Below, in pieces: positions 39,409-48,184 of a stretch of DNA of 64,000 nucleotides. Under the pieces are notes generated by a model. That model searched no databases. It was not told where the DNA came from and saw only the letters and a list, made by a program, of their open reading frames with translations. A program made the position numbers and the translations under genes. The stretch comes from an uncultured Streptococcus sp. (GTDB taxonomy: Bacteria; Bacillota; Bacilli; Lactobacillales; Aerococcaceae). The stretch is from positions 5,902-69,901 of the forward strand of contig CAUVGI010000001.1 in assembly GCA_963551375.1 (NCBI GenBank). Reading direction: 5' to 3'. Position 1 is the stretch's first letter; each line of letters opens with the position of its first letter.

Positions 39409-40452
39409 TTATAGATTTTTTAGAATTTCAATGGCTTCATCCAAAGTCTTCACAGGATAAATTTTAATATCTGTGCCTAACTTCGCAGCCGCTTCTTTGA
39501 CTTCTTCATAGTTCGATTTAATATCTGGATAACGTGCACGCATTTCGTCAGTGATTTCATCGTCTGGGGCTAAGAAAACTGTCGCACCTGCTTCAATCGC
39601 AGCTACTAATTTCTTATCAATTCCACCGATACGTCCAACCGTTCCGTCTAATTCAATCGTTCCTGTTCCGGCAATGTTATGTCCGTTTTTCAAATGACTA
39701 TTCGTAATTTGATTGTAGATTTCAAGCGTGAACATCAAACCACCTGAAGGGCCACTTACGCCATGTGGGTCAAATTCAACGGATGGGTCAGAAGTCACAT
39801 CTTCATCCACTTCCCCGCCAAATCCAAGACGGATACCACCAGTACGGCTATTCATTTTCAACTTCGCGCTGATTGTCATTGTTGCATCATCACGTTTCAC
39901 TTGAAGGACGAGCGTATGTCCTGGTTCAAGGCCTGCTAAATAGTCTTTTAAGTCTTCAAAACTCTCATCGGTATTGCCTGGGCTCCTTCCGTCAATCGTT
40001 TCGATAATATCTCCGACTTTTAACTTGTCACGGAAATCCGAACTTTGGTCCACGCGTGTAACGAAAATACCATTCACATGTCGCTCGACCGTTTTCCCAG
40101 CCGCTTCAAAGGCTACTCGAACCGCTTTTGAACGTGCGTTGCGCATACTGAAATCTTGCAGGGCATCGAATTCTTCTGGAGTATAATCCCCAAATACTTC
40201 TTCAGAAGGAAGCATTTCATGGTGCTTCAAAAACTTCTTAAAGTACGTTAAAACGGTCGCCTGCTCGACATACACCGTCAGCACCCTAAGAGATCCTGGG
40301 TCCTCATCTTTTGCTCCACTAATCGTTAAAAACTGAGATACCTCTTCTGCAGTCCCTGGCGATTCAATCACATATGGGATTGGAATCATCGCAACAATCG
40401 CTAATACAACGAAAATTAAGGCTGCAATAATAATCTTCTTAACCTTTGACAT
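39409..40452 (-). CDS. YlbL/SepM-like membrane-anchored PDZ plus Lon-C (S16) protease
   Basis: N-terminal TM segment, PDZ (LKVGDIIETIDG) and Lon proteolytic-domain pattern (GPSGGLMFTLEIYN, ..GTGTI). Confidence 0.82.
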   Translation of the reverse strand: MSKVKKIIIAALIFVVLAIVAMIPIPYVIESPGTAEEVSQFLTISGAKDEDPGSLRVLTVYVEQATVLTYFKKFLKHHEMLPSEEVFGDYTPEEFDALQDFSMRNARSKAVRVAFEAAGKTVERHVNGIFVTRVDQSSDFRDKLKVGDIIETIDGRSPGNTDESFEDLKDYLAGLEPGHTLVLQVKRDDATMTISAKLKMNSRTGGIRLGFGGEVDEDVTSDPSVEFDPHGVSGPSGGLMFTLEIYNQITNSHLKNGHNIAGTGTIELDGTVGRIGGIDKKLVAAIEAGATVFLAPDDEITDEMRARYPDIKSNYEEVKEAAAKLGTDIKIYPVKTLDEAIEILKNL

Positions 40453-40972
40453 CTGCTATCTCCTCATCCATTTTTATTGTGCGTTCAGGCGCTTCTTTAT
40501 ATTTTTCTTGCAAGGCATCGGCTACCACACTTGGAACAAACGGCGTTACGTCTCCTCCAAAGCGAGCCAGTTCCTTCATCATCGACGAACTTACAAATCG
40601 GTACTCTTCTTTGCTGAGTAATAATACCGTTTCGACTTCTCCGTTTTGAACACGGTTATGAGATGCAAGAGTTGCTTCATATTCGAAGTCAGTTGCGTTT
40701 CGAACGCCACGGACAAGAACGCTTGCCCCTAATTGTGCCGCTGCCTCTACAGTTAAACCTCCACTAACGGCCACTACTTTAGCGTTAGGTACATGCGCAA
40801 TCACCTTTTCAACCAGTGATTTTCGCTCATCTAAAGAAAACAAATAGTTTTTCTGAACATTATGCGATAAAACGACAATGACTTCATCGAAGAGCTCACT
40901 GCTTCGCTCGATAATATCTAAATGCCCATTCGTAATCGGATCGAAGCTTCCTGCTACTACCGCTTTTCTCAT
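40439..40972 (-). CDS. coaD: Phosphopantetheine adenylyltransferase
   Basis: Begins MRKAVVAGSFDPITNGHLDII. Start at ATG 40972 behind GAGGAGG. Confidence 0.94.
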   Translation of the reverse strand: MRKAVVAGSFDPITNGHLDIIERSSELFDEVIVVLSHNVQKNYLFSLDERKSLVEKVIAHVPNAKVVAVSGGLTVEAAAQLGASVLVRGVRNATDFEYEATLASHNRVQNGEVETVLLLSKEEYRFVSSSMMKELARFGGDVTPFVPSVVADALQEKYKEAPERTIKMDEEIADVKG

Positions 40973-40973
40973 C

Positions 40974-41549
40974 TTAAGCCTCCTCTTCGCTAGTCGCACG
41001 GTCATAGAACACTAAGGCTGTAATCCCGTACTCCACGCGCTTATATTGCTCAAATTCTAAAATTCGCTCTGGAAGTTGCACTTCCTTATCCACCTCACAG
41101 ACAATCACGCAGTCTGGAGAAACTAGATTCAACTCCTGCAACTGCTCAATGTCCTTTACAATTTCTTGCAGGCGATATGGCGGATCCATAAACACCAACT
41201 TGAACGGTTCAAACGCTGGGTCACTCGCAATGGTTTTGAGTCCTTGTTTGACGTTTTGTCGTTTTAAATGAAATTGTTCGGGTGATTTTGTAATCTCGAT
41301 ATTTTGCTCAATCGTCTTTTGTGCCAGGCGATTGTTCTCGAATAGAAACGCACGGTCCATCCCACGAGAGACAGCCTCGATGGCAACGGCTCCGCTTCCG
41401 CTATACATGTCGAGCATGACTCCTCCGTCAAAATAACCGCCAAGAATATTGAAGAGCGATTCTTTTATCTTGTCAGTCGTCGGACGAGTATTTTGGCCCG
41501 GTACTGCCTTTAAGCGTCTTCCGCCAAATTCTCCTGAAATAATTCGCAC
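40974..41549 (-). CDS. rsmD: 16S rRNA (guanine966-N2)-methyltransferase RsmD
   Basis: Motifs RPTTDKIKESLFN and FMDPPY. GTG start behind AAGGAGG. Confidence 0.9.
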   Translation of the reverse strand: MRIISGEFGGRRLKAVPGQNTRPTTDKIKESLFNILGGYFDGGVMLDMYSGSGAVAIEAVSRGMDRAFLFENNRLAQKTIEQNIEITKSPEQFHLKRQNVKQGLKTIASDPAFEPFKLVFMDPPYRLQEIVKDIEQLQELNLVSPDCVIVCEVDKEVQLPERILEFEQYKRVEYGITALVFYDRATSEEEA

Positions 41550-41674
41550 AGTGCATTCCTCCTTATTCCACTATAATACCATATTCCAGCGCTCTTTCGT
41601 GAGTTTTTTATAAAATAAGTGGTGCATCGACTGAGTAAAGGATTTCTTTTGGTGCTTCTTGAGCGTTAGCCTAA

Positions 41675-41863
41675 GACGATGCATCGAATCCTTGCGGATT
41701 TGTTTATAATAGCTGTAATGGGGCAACGGCTTGAGCCATGGTCTCAAGCTCTTTCAAGATTCAAACGTACTCTAGAAAATAAATTTTCAAGAGTACGTAA
41801 TTCACTTTGAATGCTATCCCCCATTACTGCTATTATAAAATCCGCTCGATTCTTCTCATCGTC
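41675..41863 (+). repeat. Hairpin repeat copy F (subfamily I; near-identical to B)
   Basis: Outer arms GACGATG/CATCGTC. Positions 41689-41858 align with 13860-14028, with only about five differences by my hand alignment. Confidence 0.95.
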
Positions 41864-42016
41864 TCATTCAAAGAGAAATTCTTATGCAGTAGTGTTCTCA
41901 TTTCTATAAATACACGAAAGAATATGGAATAAAAAATGCGCTGTGCGATTTCAGTTAATTTGGCGCAGCTGAAAGGGTACTGGCAAAATGCTCTCCTCCT
42001 TGGTACGGGGACAGTC

Positions 42017-42052
42017 GAAAAACAAAAAAGTCCGCTACTTTCATAGCGAACT
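42017..42052 (-). terminator. Terminator of the 42063-42933 gene pair
   Basis: Stem AGTCCGCTA/TAGCGAACT followed by a long U-run on the minus strand. Confidence 0.75.
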
Positions 42053-42062
42053 TCACATTGTT

Positions 42063-42494
42063 TTATAATGGGATAATGGTGTCATTATCACTAGTAGCAG
42101 GCTCGGTTGAGATAATCTCAATCATCAGCCCATGTGGCAAGCAAATACTTGTCTGACCTGGTTGGGAAATCCAACCTGTTTGTACCGCGATTTGGTCTGG
42201 ACTATTATCTTCCTTGTCACGAATACGCGTTCCATCGACTTCAATAATATTATATTGATCGTCATGCGGGAAGTAGATGAACTCTTCATGTGGTGTATTT
42301 TCACTGAGTTCAAAGCGCTCGATTTCTTCTCCGTCGATTGTGAGAATCGCGTAAATTTTTGCTTCTTCTTTTCTCGTTGCTTGTTGATAAGCAAAGATGG
42401 CATTTGGTAAAAATGATAGTGCCAATAATACGAGCACAATAATAATGTCGAATGGCTTTATCAAATGGGAATACTTCTTAATTATCGTTCTCAT
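42063..42494 (-). CDS. NusG domain II-like membrane-anchored protein
   Basis: 143 aa. N-terminal TM segment, then a beta-rich domain ending ICLPHGLMIEI, as in the NusG_II family. Assigned from memory of the family pattern. Confidence 0.55.
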   Translation of the reverse strand: MRTIIKKYSHLIKPFDIIIVLVLLALSFLPNAIFAYQQATRKEEAKIYAILTIDGEEIERFELSENTPHEEFIYFPHDDQYNIIEVDGTRIRDKEDNSPDQIAVQTGWISQPGQTSICLPHGLMIEIISTEPATSDNDTIIPL

Positions 42495-42933
42495 CCTTTA
42501 ACTCTAATAATGTTCTACGTACTTCTGAGGCAATTTTTGAACCAATCACGAGTAATTCATACAGCGTAAAGGTCTCAAATGGAGTCACACGGCCAACATA
42601 GCGAATAAAAACCTCGCCATCTGGGTCCATTAAAAGCGAATAATACGCCACTAACTCTTGATTCAAGCGATTAATGGTATAGAGCACCTCGAATAAATCT
42701 AAGCCAAAGCCTCTTCCATTCCCGATTCCTTCATAAGTAATCTGGTAATCGGTACGTTCCTCGCTATCATCAAACACGATGCTAAATGGAAACTCGGCTT
42801 CTCCTTCTGAATACAAACCAAGATAGGCCACCCCACCGTCACCTAAATCCTTCTTATCCAGTTTTAAATCACGATTCTTTAAAACCGTCTCAAACGATTC
42901 ACTAACCTTCATCCTGGCCACTCCTTTCGCCAT
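42478..42933 (-). CDS. Hypothetical acidic cytoplasmic protein (possibly YbjN-like)
   Basis: 151-aa ORF overlapping the downstream gene by 17 nt. The start is ambiguous (ATG 42933 or ATG 42912). The family assignment is weak. Confidence 0.45.
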   Translation of the reverse strand: MAKGVARMKVSESFETVLKNRDLKLDKKDLGDGGVAYLGLYSEGEAEFPFSIVFDDSEERTDYQITYEGIGNGRGFGLDLFEVLYTINRLNQELVAYYSLLMDPDGEVFIRYVGRVTPFETFTLYELLVIGSKIASEVRRTLLELKDENDN

Positions 42934-43133
42934 TTGTAACCTCTATTTTACTAGATTCCCTCCTATTTCACAACCAAACACCGAAATCCTACTCTTTTCT
43001 TCTCTATTAGATACTAAGAACGGTTTCGTTTTGGCCATTTTTAGGATATTCATTATCTTTCACTTATATTTCTATTCAATTTAGAAAAAAAAGCAAACCT
43101 CTTCCGTTTACTGTTTCGTAAAATAATTTTTAA

Positions 43134-43889
43134 TTACTTATCTAAAGTCCTTTTCTTTTCTGATACGTGGTATAAACAAACCGCAAAGAAGATACAAATT
43201 ATTTTTGCTACATAATCAAGAAGGACATTATCATTTATACTCATCTGAGATAATGTATTTATCAGTGCATGTGTCATCACACATAACCATAGACTGTTGG
43301 AATAGGCGAATAATGCTGACAGAATAAAACAGTTAGTTAGTAATCCTAGTAAAAAAACTAGAATATGAATACTCTCTAAACTTCCATCAATATAAAAGAA
43401 CAAGAGATGCCATACACCCCAACACACAAAAGTAATCAGCGTTGAAGCAATATAGGGAATCTTCTTCTCTAAAGCAGGTTGAAATGAATATCTCCACCCT
43501 AATTCTTCGATGCCGCCAAATACAATCGCCTTAAGGAAAAGAAGGAACGGTAGAAATAGACTTTCTATTTTAAATCCTCTATTGATTAATACTGAAGAAA
43601 ACTCCAATATCAGAAAAATCAGTACTAATGTATAGCTTTTTACAGATTGCTTTATATTGAAAAAATCTTTTAAAATTTCTAAGGGCCTTTTGGAATGACA
43701 TTTAACTTGATAAACGATTCCCCAAAGTGCAGATGATATACCCGCTAAAGAAATAAAGAGTATCCCTAAAAATGAATTGTACCCTAATTCAAATCCTCTT
43801 AATTTCAGTATTCCAACCAATGCAGCGATAACCGTTATCTGAAGCAATGTTGGCATTAAATACATTTTGATAATGGCCTTACTCTTCAT
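43134..43889 (-). CDS. CPBP-family intramembrane protease (Abi/CAAX-like)
   Basis: GGIEELGWRYSFQP, CWGVWHLLFF and MTHALINT are the CPBP motifs. Both the gene and its flanks are markedly AT-rich. Confidence 0.8.
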   Translation of the reverse strand: MKSKAIIKMYLMPTLLQITVIAALVGILKLRGFELGYNSFLGILFISLAGISSALWGIVYQVKCHSKRPLEILKDFFNIKQSVKSYTLVLIFLILEFSSVLINRGFKIESLFLPFLLFLKAIVFGGIEELGWRYSFQPALEKKIPYIASTLITFVCWGVWHLLFFYIDGSLESIHILVFLLGLLTNCFILSALFAYSNSLWLCVMTHALINTLSQMSINDNVLLDYVAKIICIFFAVCLYHVSEKKRTLDK

Positions 43890-43974
43890 GATTCATCCTC
43901 TAATAAAAATCTCTTTTAAATTACCATCTATATTATACCATTTTTGACATCTTTTCTATATCTAGTTTTGCGCA

Positions 43975-44008
43975 CAAAAAAAGAGACTGAAGTTTCCTTC
44001 AATCTCTC
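43975..44008 (-). terminator. Terminator of oppDFBC
   Basis: Stem AGAGACTGAAG/CTTCAATCTCT followed by a U-run on the minus strand. Confidence 0.85.
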
Positions 44009-44022
44009 TTGTAATTTATTGA

Positions 44023-44943
44023 TTAACCTAAACGTTGGCGAGAATCCGCTGCACGTTGTAAGGCTTGACCAACATAGTTGATACATAACATCATCACAAA
44101 GATTAGGATTGTGGCTGGTAACCAAACCCATAATTTATTTTGGATGATATCTGCATTTTTTGCTGCAGAGATTAATGTACCAAGTGATGGTGTTGTAAAT
44201 GGTAAACCGAAACCTAAGTAAGTTAACCCAGTTTCAATACCGATATTCCCTGCTAAACGTAAAATTAAGTTAACGATGATTAATGAACTTAAGTTTGGCA
44301 AGATTTCACGGAACATGATTCTTAAGTCACTTGAACCTAATGTTTTAGATGCATTTACATAGTCTAAACTTGCTTCTTGAAGAGTACGTGTTCTGAATAA
44401 ACGAGCAGAACCGACCCAATAGAAGGCTGTCATGATTAATACAAAGTGGACCATTGTGTAGTTTGGAATCACTGTAACAAACACGATGATGATCATCAAT
44501 GTTGGTAAAATCATAATAAAATCAACAACACGCATGATTGTTGTATCCACCCATTTACCGTAGTAACCAGAAATCAATCCGACAAAGATACCAATGATAC
44601 ATGTCAAGATTGTGATTGAGAAACCGATTAATACTGAGTTACGAGCCCCGATAATTAAGAGGGCTAAAACGTCACGACCACTTTCGTCAGTCCCTAAAAT
44701 GTGCGCATTTGATGGGGCTTTATAACGACCTAAGATATTTACTTTAAGAGCAGTTTCTTGGTCGATGAAGTATGGTCCGATAAAGATGATTAAGAAAATC
44801 AACGCTAGTAAGATTAACGCGAAAAGCGCTATTTTATCTTTTAAAAACTCCCGTACAATAACCTGAAACCCAGCAGGCGGTGTAGATACGGTGCTTTCTT
44901 CAACGACAGTTTCTTCAACTGTATTTACATTATTTTGCTCCAT
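44023..44943 (-). CDS. oppC: Oligopeptide ABC transporter permease OppC
   Basis: 306 aa, six TM segments, BPD-transport EAA-type loop (..ASKTLGSSDLRIMFREILPN). Confidence 0.9.
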   Translation of the reverse strand: MEQNNVNTVEETVVEESTVSTPPAGFQVIVREFLKDKIALFALILLALIFLIIFIGPYFIDQETALKVNILGRYKAPSNAHILGTDESGRDVLALLIIGARNSVLIGFSITILTCIIGIFVGLISGYYGKWVDTTIMRVVDFIMILPTLMIIIVFVTVIPNYTMVHFVLIMTAFYWVGSARLFRTRTLQEASLDYVNASKTLGSSDLRIMFREILPNLSSLIIVNLILRLAGNIGIETGLTYLGFGLPFTTPSLGTLISAAKNADIIQNKLWVWLPATILIFVMMLCINYVGQALQRAADSRQRLG

Positions 44944-44961
44944 TTGCTACTCCTCCTTTTA

Positions 44962-45924
44962 TTATTGTACACGAACACGTGGGTCTACAATACTCATGAT
45001 AATATCAGATAATAGCGTACCTAGAAGAGTCGCTGTACCGAAGAGTAATAGTAACGCTAAGATTACTGAGTAGTCACGTCCTGTGATTGATGTTACGAAT
45101 AAGTTCCCCATTCCAGGATATGAGAAGATGTTTTCAATGAACACTGAACCACCGATTAAACCAGTGAATTCATATCCTAAGAAGGCTGCGATTGGCAAGA
45201 TTGAGTTACGGAAGATGTGGCGGTTGAACACAACATTTTCAGGAACCCCTTTCGCACGTGCTGTACGAACGTAGTCTTGGCTCTTCGCATCGATAACCCC
45301 AGTACGTAAATATTGAATCGTACCAGTAGTTGAAAGAATCGCCATCGTAAACGCTGGTAAAATCATGTGATGGAATTTGTTTACATAATAGCCAAGTGTT
45401 CCAGCAACTACATCTGAATCAACAGATCCACGAGTTGGGAACCAACCTAATGTATAACCAAATAACCATAATAGAACTAATGCGAATACGAATACTGGGA
45501 TTGAGTAAGTAATGAATGTATATACTACGATTGCTTTGTCAGCCCAAGAGTTTTGGTAACGACCTGCAATCATCCCTAATGGTAATGCTATTAAGTAAGT
45601 TAAAATCAATGTTAATAATGATAACCAAACAGTGTTACCAATACGTTCACCGATTAATTTTGTAACTTCATATTTGTAAGTATAACTTTGACCGAAGTCT
45701 CCGCGGAATGCTTTTGAAATCCAGTTCCAATATTGAACAGGAAGTGGATCATAGAATCCAGCTTTCACACGTAACGCTTCAATTGTATTTGGGTCCGTTT
45801 CTGGAGTAATTAAACCTGTAAATGGATCCCCTGGCATCATCTTCGCGATTAAGAATGCTAGCACACTAAGGATGAAGATTTGTGGCAACATTAATAACAC
45901 ACGACGTAAAATGGTTTTCCACAT
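44962..45924 (-). CDS. oppB: Oligopeptide ABC transporter permease OppB
   Basis: 320 aa with the EAA loop (DYVRTARAKGVPE). Confidence 0.9.
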   Translation of the reverse strand: MWKTILRRVLLMLPQIFILSVLAFLIAKMMPGDPFTGLITPETDPNTIEALRVKAGFYDPLPVQYWNWISKAFRGDFGQSYTYKYEVTKLIGERIGNTVWLSLLTLILTYLIALPLGMIAGRYQNSWADKAIVVYTFITYSIPVFVFALVLLWLFGYTLGWFPTRGSVDSDVVAGTLGYYVNKFHHMILPAFTMAILSTTGTIQYLRTGVIDAKSQDYVRTARAKGVPENVVFNRHIFRNSILPIAAFLGYEFTGLIGGSVFIENIFSYPGMGNLFVTSITGRDYSVILALLLLFGTATLLGTLLSDIIMSIVDPRVRVQ

Positions 45925-45926
45925 AA

Positions 45927-46871
45927 TTATTTTCCTCCTTTTGGATTTAATGCAACAAAGTGTGAGTCAGAGATTTTTTGTAAATCAAACACACGACCGT
46001 TTTCATCGTAGTAAAGTTTTTGATTTTCTTGGTAAAATTTCTCAGCTTCTTTACGACGTAGTTTGTTTGCTTCACGGTTTTCTGGATCGATTACCGGAAT
46101 CGCAGACAATAGACGTTTAGTATAGATATGTTGTGGGTTCGCGTAAATATCTTCCGATTTCCCTGTTTCAACGAAACGTCCACGGTACATGATGAACAAT
46201 TCATCACACATATGTTTCACAACCCCAAGGTCATGGGAAATGAATAAGTAACTTAAGTTGAACTCATCTTGGATGCGTTTCATGTAGTTTAACACTTGCG
46301 CTTGTACAGATAAGTCTAACGCTGATACTGGTTCGTCGGCGATGATTAAACGTGGGTTACTTGCTAAGGCACGAGCAACACCGATACGTTGTCTTTGACC
46401 ACCTGAGAACTGGTGTGGATATTTTAATAATGCTTCTTCAGATAATCCGATGATTTCCATTAATTCAATCACGCGTTTTCTCTCTTCATCTGGAGATAAA
46501 CGTTCGAAGTTTCTTAATGGCTCAGCCACGATATCTAAGATACGTTTTTTAGGGTTAAAACTTGATAGTGAATCTTGGAAGATCATTTGTACGTTACGGT
46601 TGTAGTCTGAAGTACGACGACGTGCTTTGTTTGTTACGTCTTGTCCTTCGTAAATCACTTTACCGCTTGTTACGTGTTCTAGACCAATAATCGATTTTCC
46701 GATTGTTGATTTACCAGAACCTGATTCTCCAACAAGACCGTAAGTTTTTCCTTCTTCGATTTCAAGTGATACTCCGTCTACCGCATAAACATGATCCGTT
46801 ACTCGGTTAAAGAAGCCACTACGAATCGGATAGTGAACTTTTAAATCTTCAATGGTTACAAAACCGCTCAT
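45927..46871 (-). CDS. oppF: Oligopeptide ABC transporter ATPase OppF
   Basis: Motifs GESGSGKST, FSGGQRQR and IIADEPVSALD, plus the C-terminal oligopeptide extension. Confidence 0.9.
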   Translation of the reverse strand: MSGFVTIEDLKVHYPIRSGFFNRVTDHVYAVDGVSLEIEEGKTYGLVGESGSGKSTIGKSIIGLEHVTSGKVIYEGQDVTNKARRRTSDYNRNVQMIFQDSLSSFNPKKRILDIVAEPLRNFERLSPDEERKRVIELMEIIGLSEEALLKYPHQFSGGQRQRIGVARALASNPRLIIADEPVSALDLSVQAQVLNYMKRIQDEFNLSYLFISHDLGVVKHMCDELFIMYRGRFVETGKSEDIYANPQHIYTKRLLSAIPVIDPENREANKLRRKEAEKFYQENQKLYYDENGRVFDLQKISDSHFVALNPKGGK

Positions 46872-47872
46872 TATGCTTCCTCCCCTTCAAAATGGAAATG
46901 TTTATAACATGTACAACGAACGAAGTGGTTTGGTCCAACTTCATGAAGTGTTGGATCTTCTTCGTGAGCGTCCGCTGGAATCCATGGAATACGTGGTGCG
47001 AAACGGCAACCTTTACGTGGTAATTTTGGTAATGGTGGCACTGTTCCTTTAATCACGTGTAATTCTTGACCTTCAGAACCCGCTTGTGGGATTGATTGTA
47101 GTAATGAACGTGTGTAAGGATGTTGTGGATTTGTGAATAGCTCTTCAACAGGTGCTACTTCTACAAATTGTCCAGCATACATCACGGCTACACGGTCAGC
47201 AGTTTCTGCTACTACCCCAAGGTCGTGCGTGATTAAGATGATTCCAGATTCTGTTTCTTTTTGGATATCATTTAATAAGTCTAAGATTTGCGCTTGGATT
47301 GTTACGTCTAAGGCAGTTGTTGGTTCATCGGCAATGATGATTGGTGGTTTACATGATAATGCAATCGCGATAACCACACGTTGACGCATCCCACCTGATA
47401 ATTCGTGTGGGTATTGTTTGTAAGTACGTTGTGGATTTGGAATCCCTACTTGTCCTAACAATTCTAATACGCGTTCAGTACGTTCTTTTTCATTTAACTC
47501 TGTATGATAATAAAGAGCTTCGTCGATTTGAGCACCAATTGTCATTAATGGGTTTAATGAAGCCAATGGATCTTGGAAAATCATACCGATATCATTTCCG
47601 CGAATTTTGTTGTATAACGCTTCGTTTAAGTTTACTAAGTTCACATCGTTATAAATGATGTCCCCTGTAATCTTTGTATTGTTTTTGTTGTGTAAGCCCA
47701 TGATGGTTGTCGCTAATGTAGATTTCCCACATCCTGATTCCCCAACGATGGCCAAAATTTCATTCTTTTCTAATGTTAATGACACATTATCTACTGCATC
47801 ATAAAAATCATCTTTGATACGGAAACCAACGTGTAAGTTATTGATTTCTAATAGTGGCTTATCAATTGTCAA
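46871..47872 (-). CDS. oppD: Oligopeptide ABC transporter ATPase OppD
   Basis: Motifs GESGCGKST, LSGGMRQR and IIADEPTTALD, with a Cys-containing C-terminal tail. TTG start behind AAGGAGG. Confidence 0.9.
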   Translation of the reverse strand: MTIDKPLLEINNLHVGFRIKDDFYDAVDNVSLTLEKNEILAIVGESGCGKSTLATTIMGLHNKNNTKITGDIIYNDVNLVNLNEALYNKIRGNDIGMIFQDPLASLNPLMTIGAQIDEALYYHTELNEKERTERVLELLGQVGIPNPQRTYKQYPHELSGGMRQRVVIAIALSCKPPIIIADEPTTALDVTIQAQILDLLNDIQKETESGIILITHDLGVVAETADRVAVMYAGQFVEVAPVEELFTNPQHPYTRSLLQSIPQAGSEGQELHVIKGTVPPLPKLPRKGCRFAPRIPWIPADAHEEDPTLHEVGPNHFVRCTCYKHFHFEGEEA

Positions 47873-48145
47873 ATCCGATTCCTCCTTATTTTCTTTGGTG
47901 AACTATTTCAATATTTAAAATAATAAAACAACGTTTCTATTATACGTTGCATGCTCTCTGATTGCAAATTGTATGACAATTCGAGCGCAGATACAGCGTA
48001 TTTTTAGTTTACCATGAATCAAGCCTGATTACCATTATTTATGAGCAAAAAATTAACTTCTCTCATGTTATTTTAATTTTAAATTCAAATTTCACTAAAA
48101 TCCCGTCATTAATGCGTTTTCATTGGTTTTATGGATTTTGTGCAA

Positions 48146-48175
48146 ACAAAAAGAGACGAACCGAAGCTCGTCTCC
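48146..48175 (-). terminator. Terminator of oppA paralog 1
   Basis: Stem GAGACGA/TCGTCTC followed by a U-run on the minus strand. Confidence 0.8.
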
Positions 48176-48184
48176 TTCCAATTC

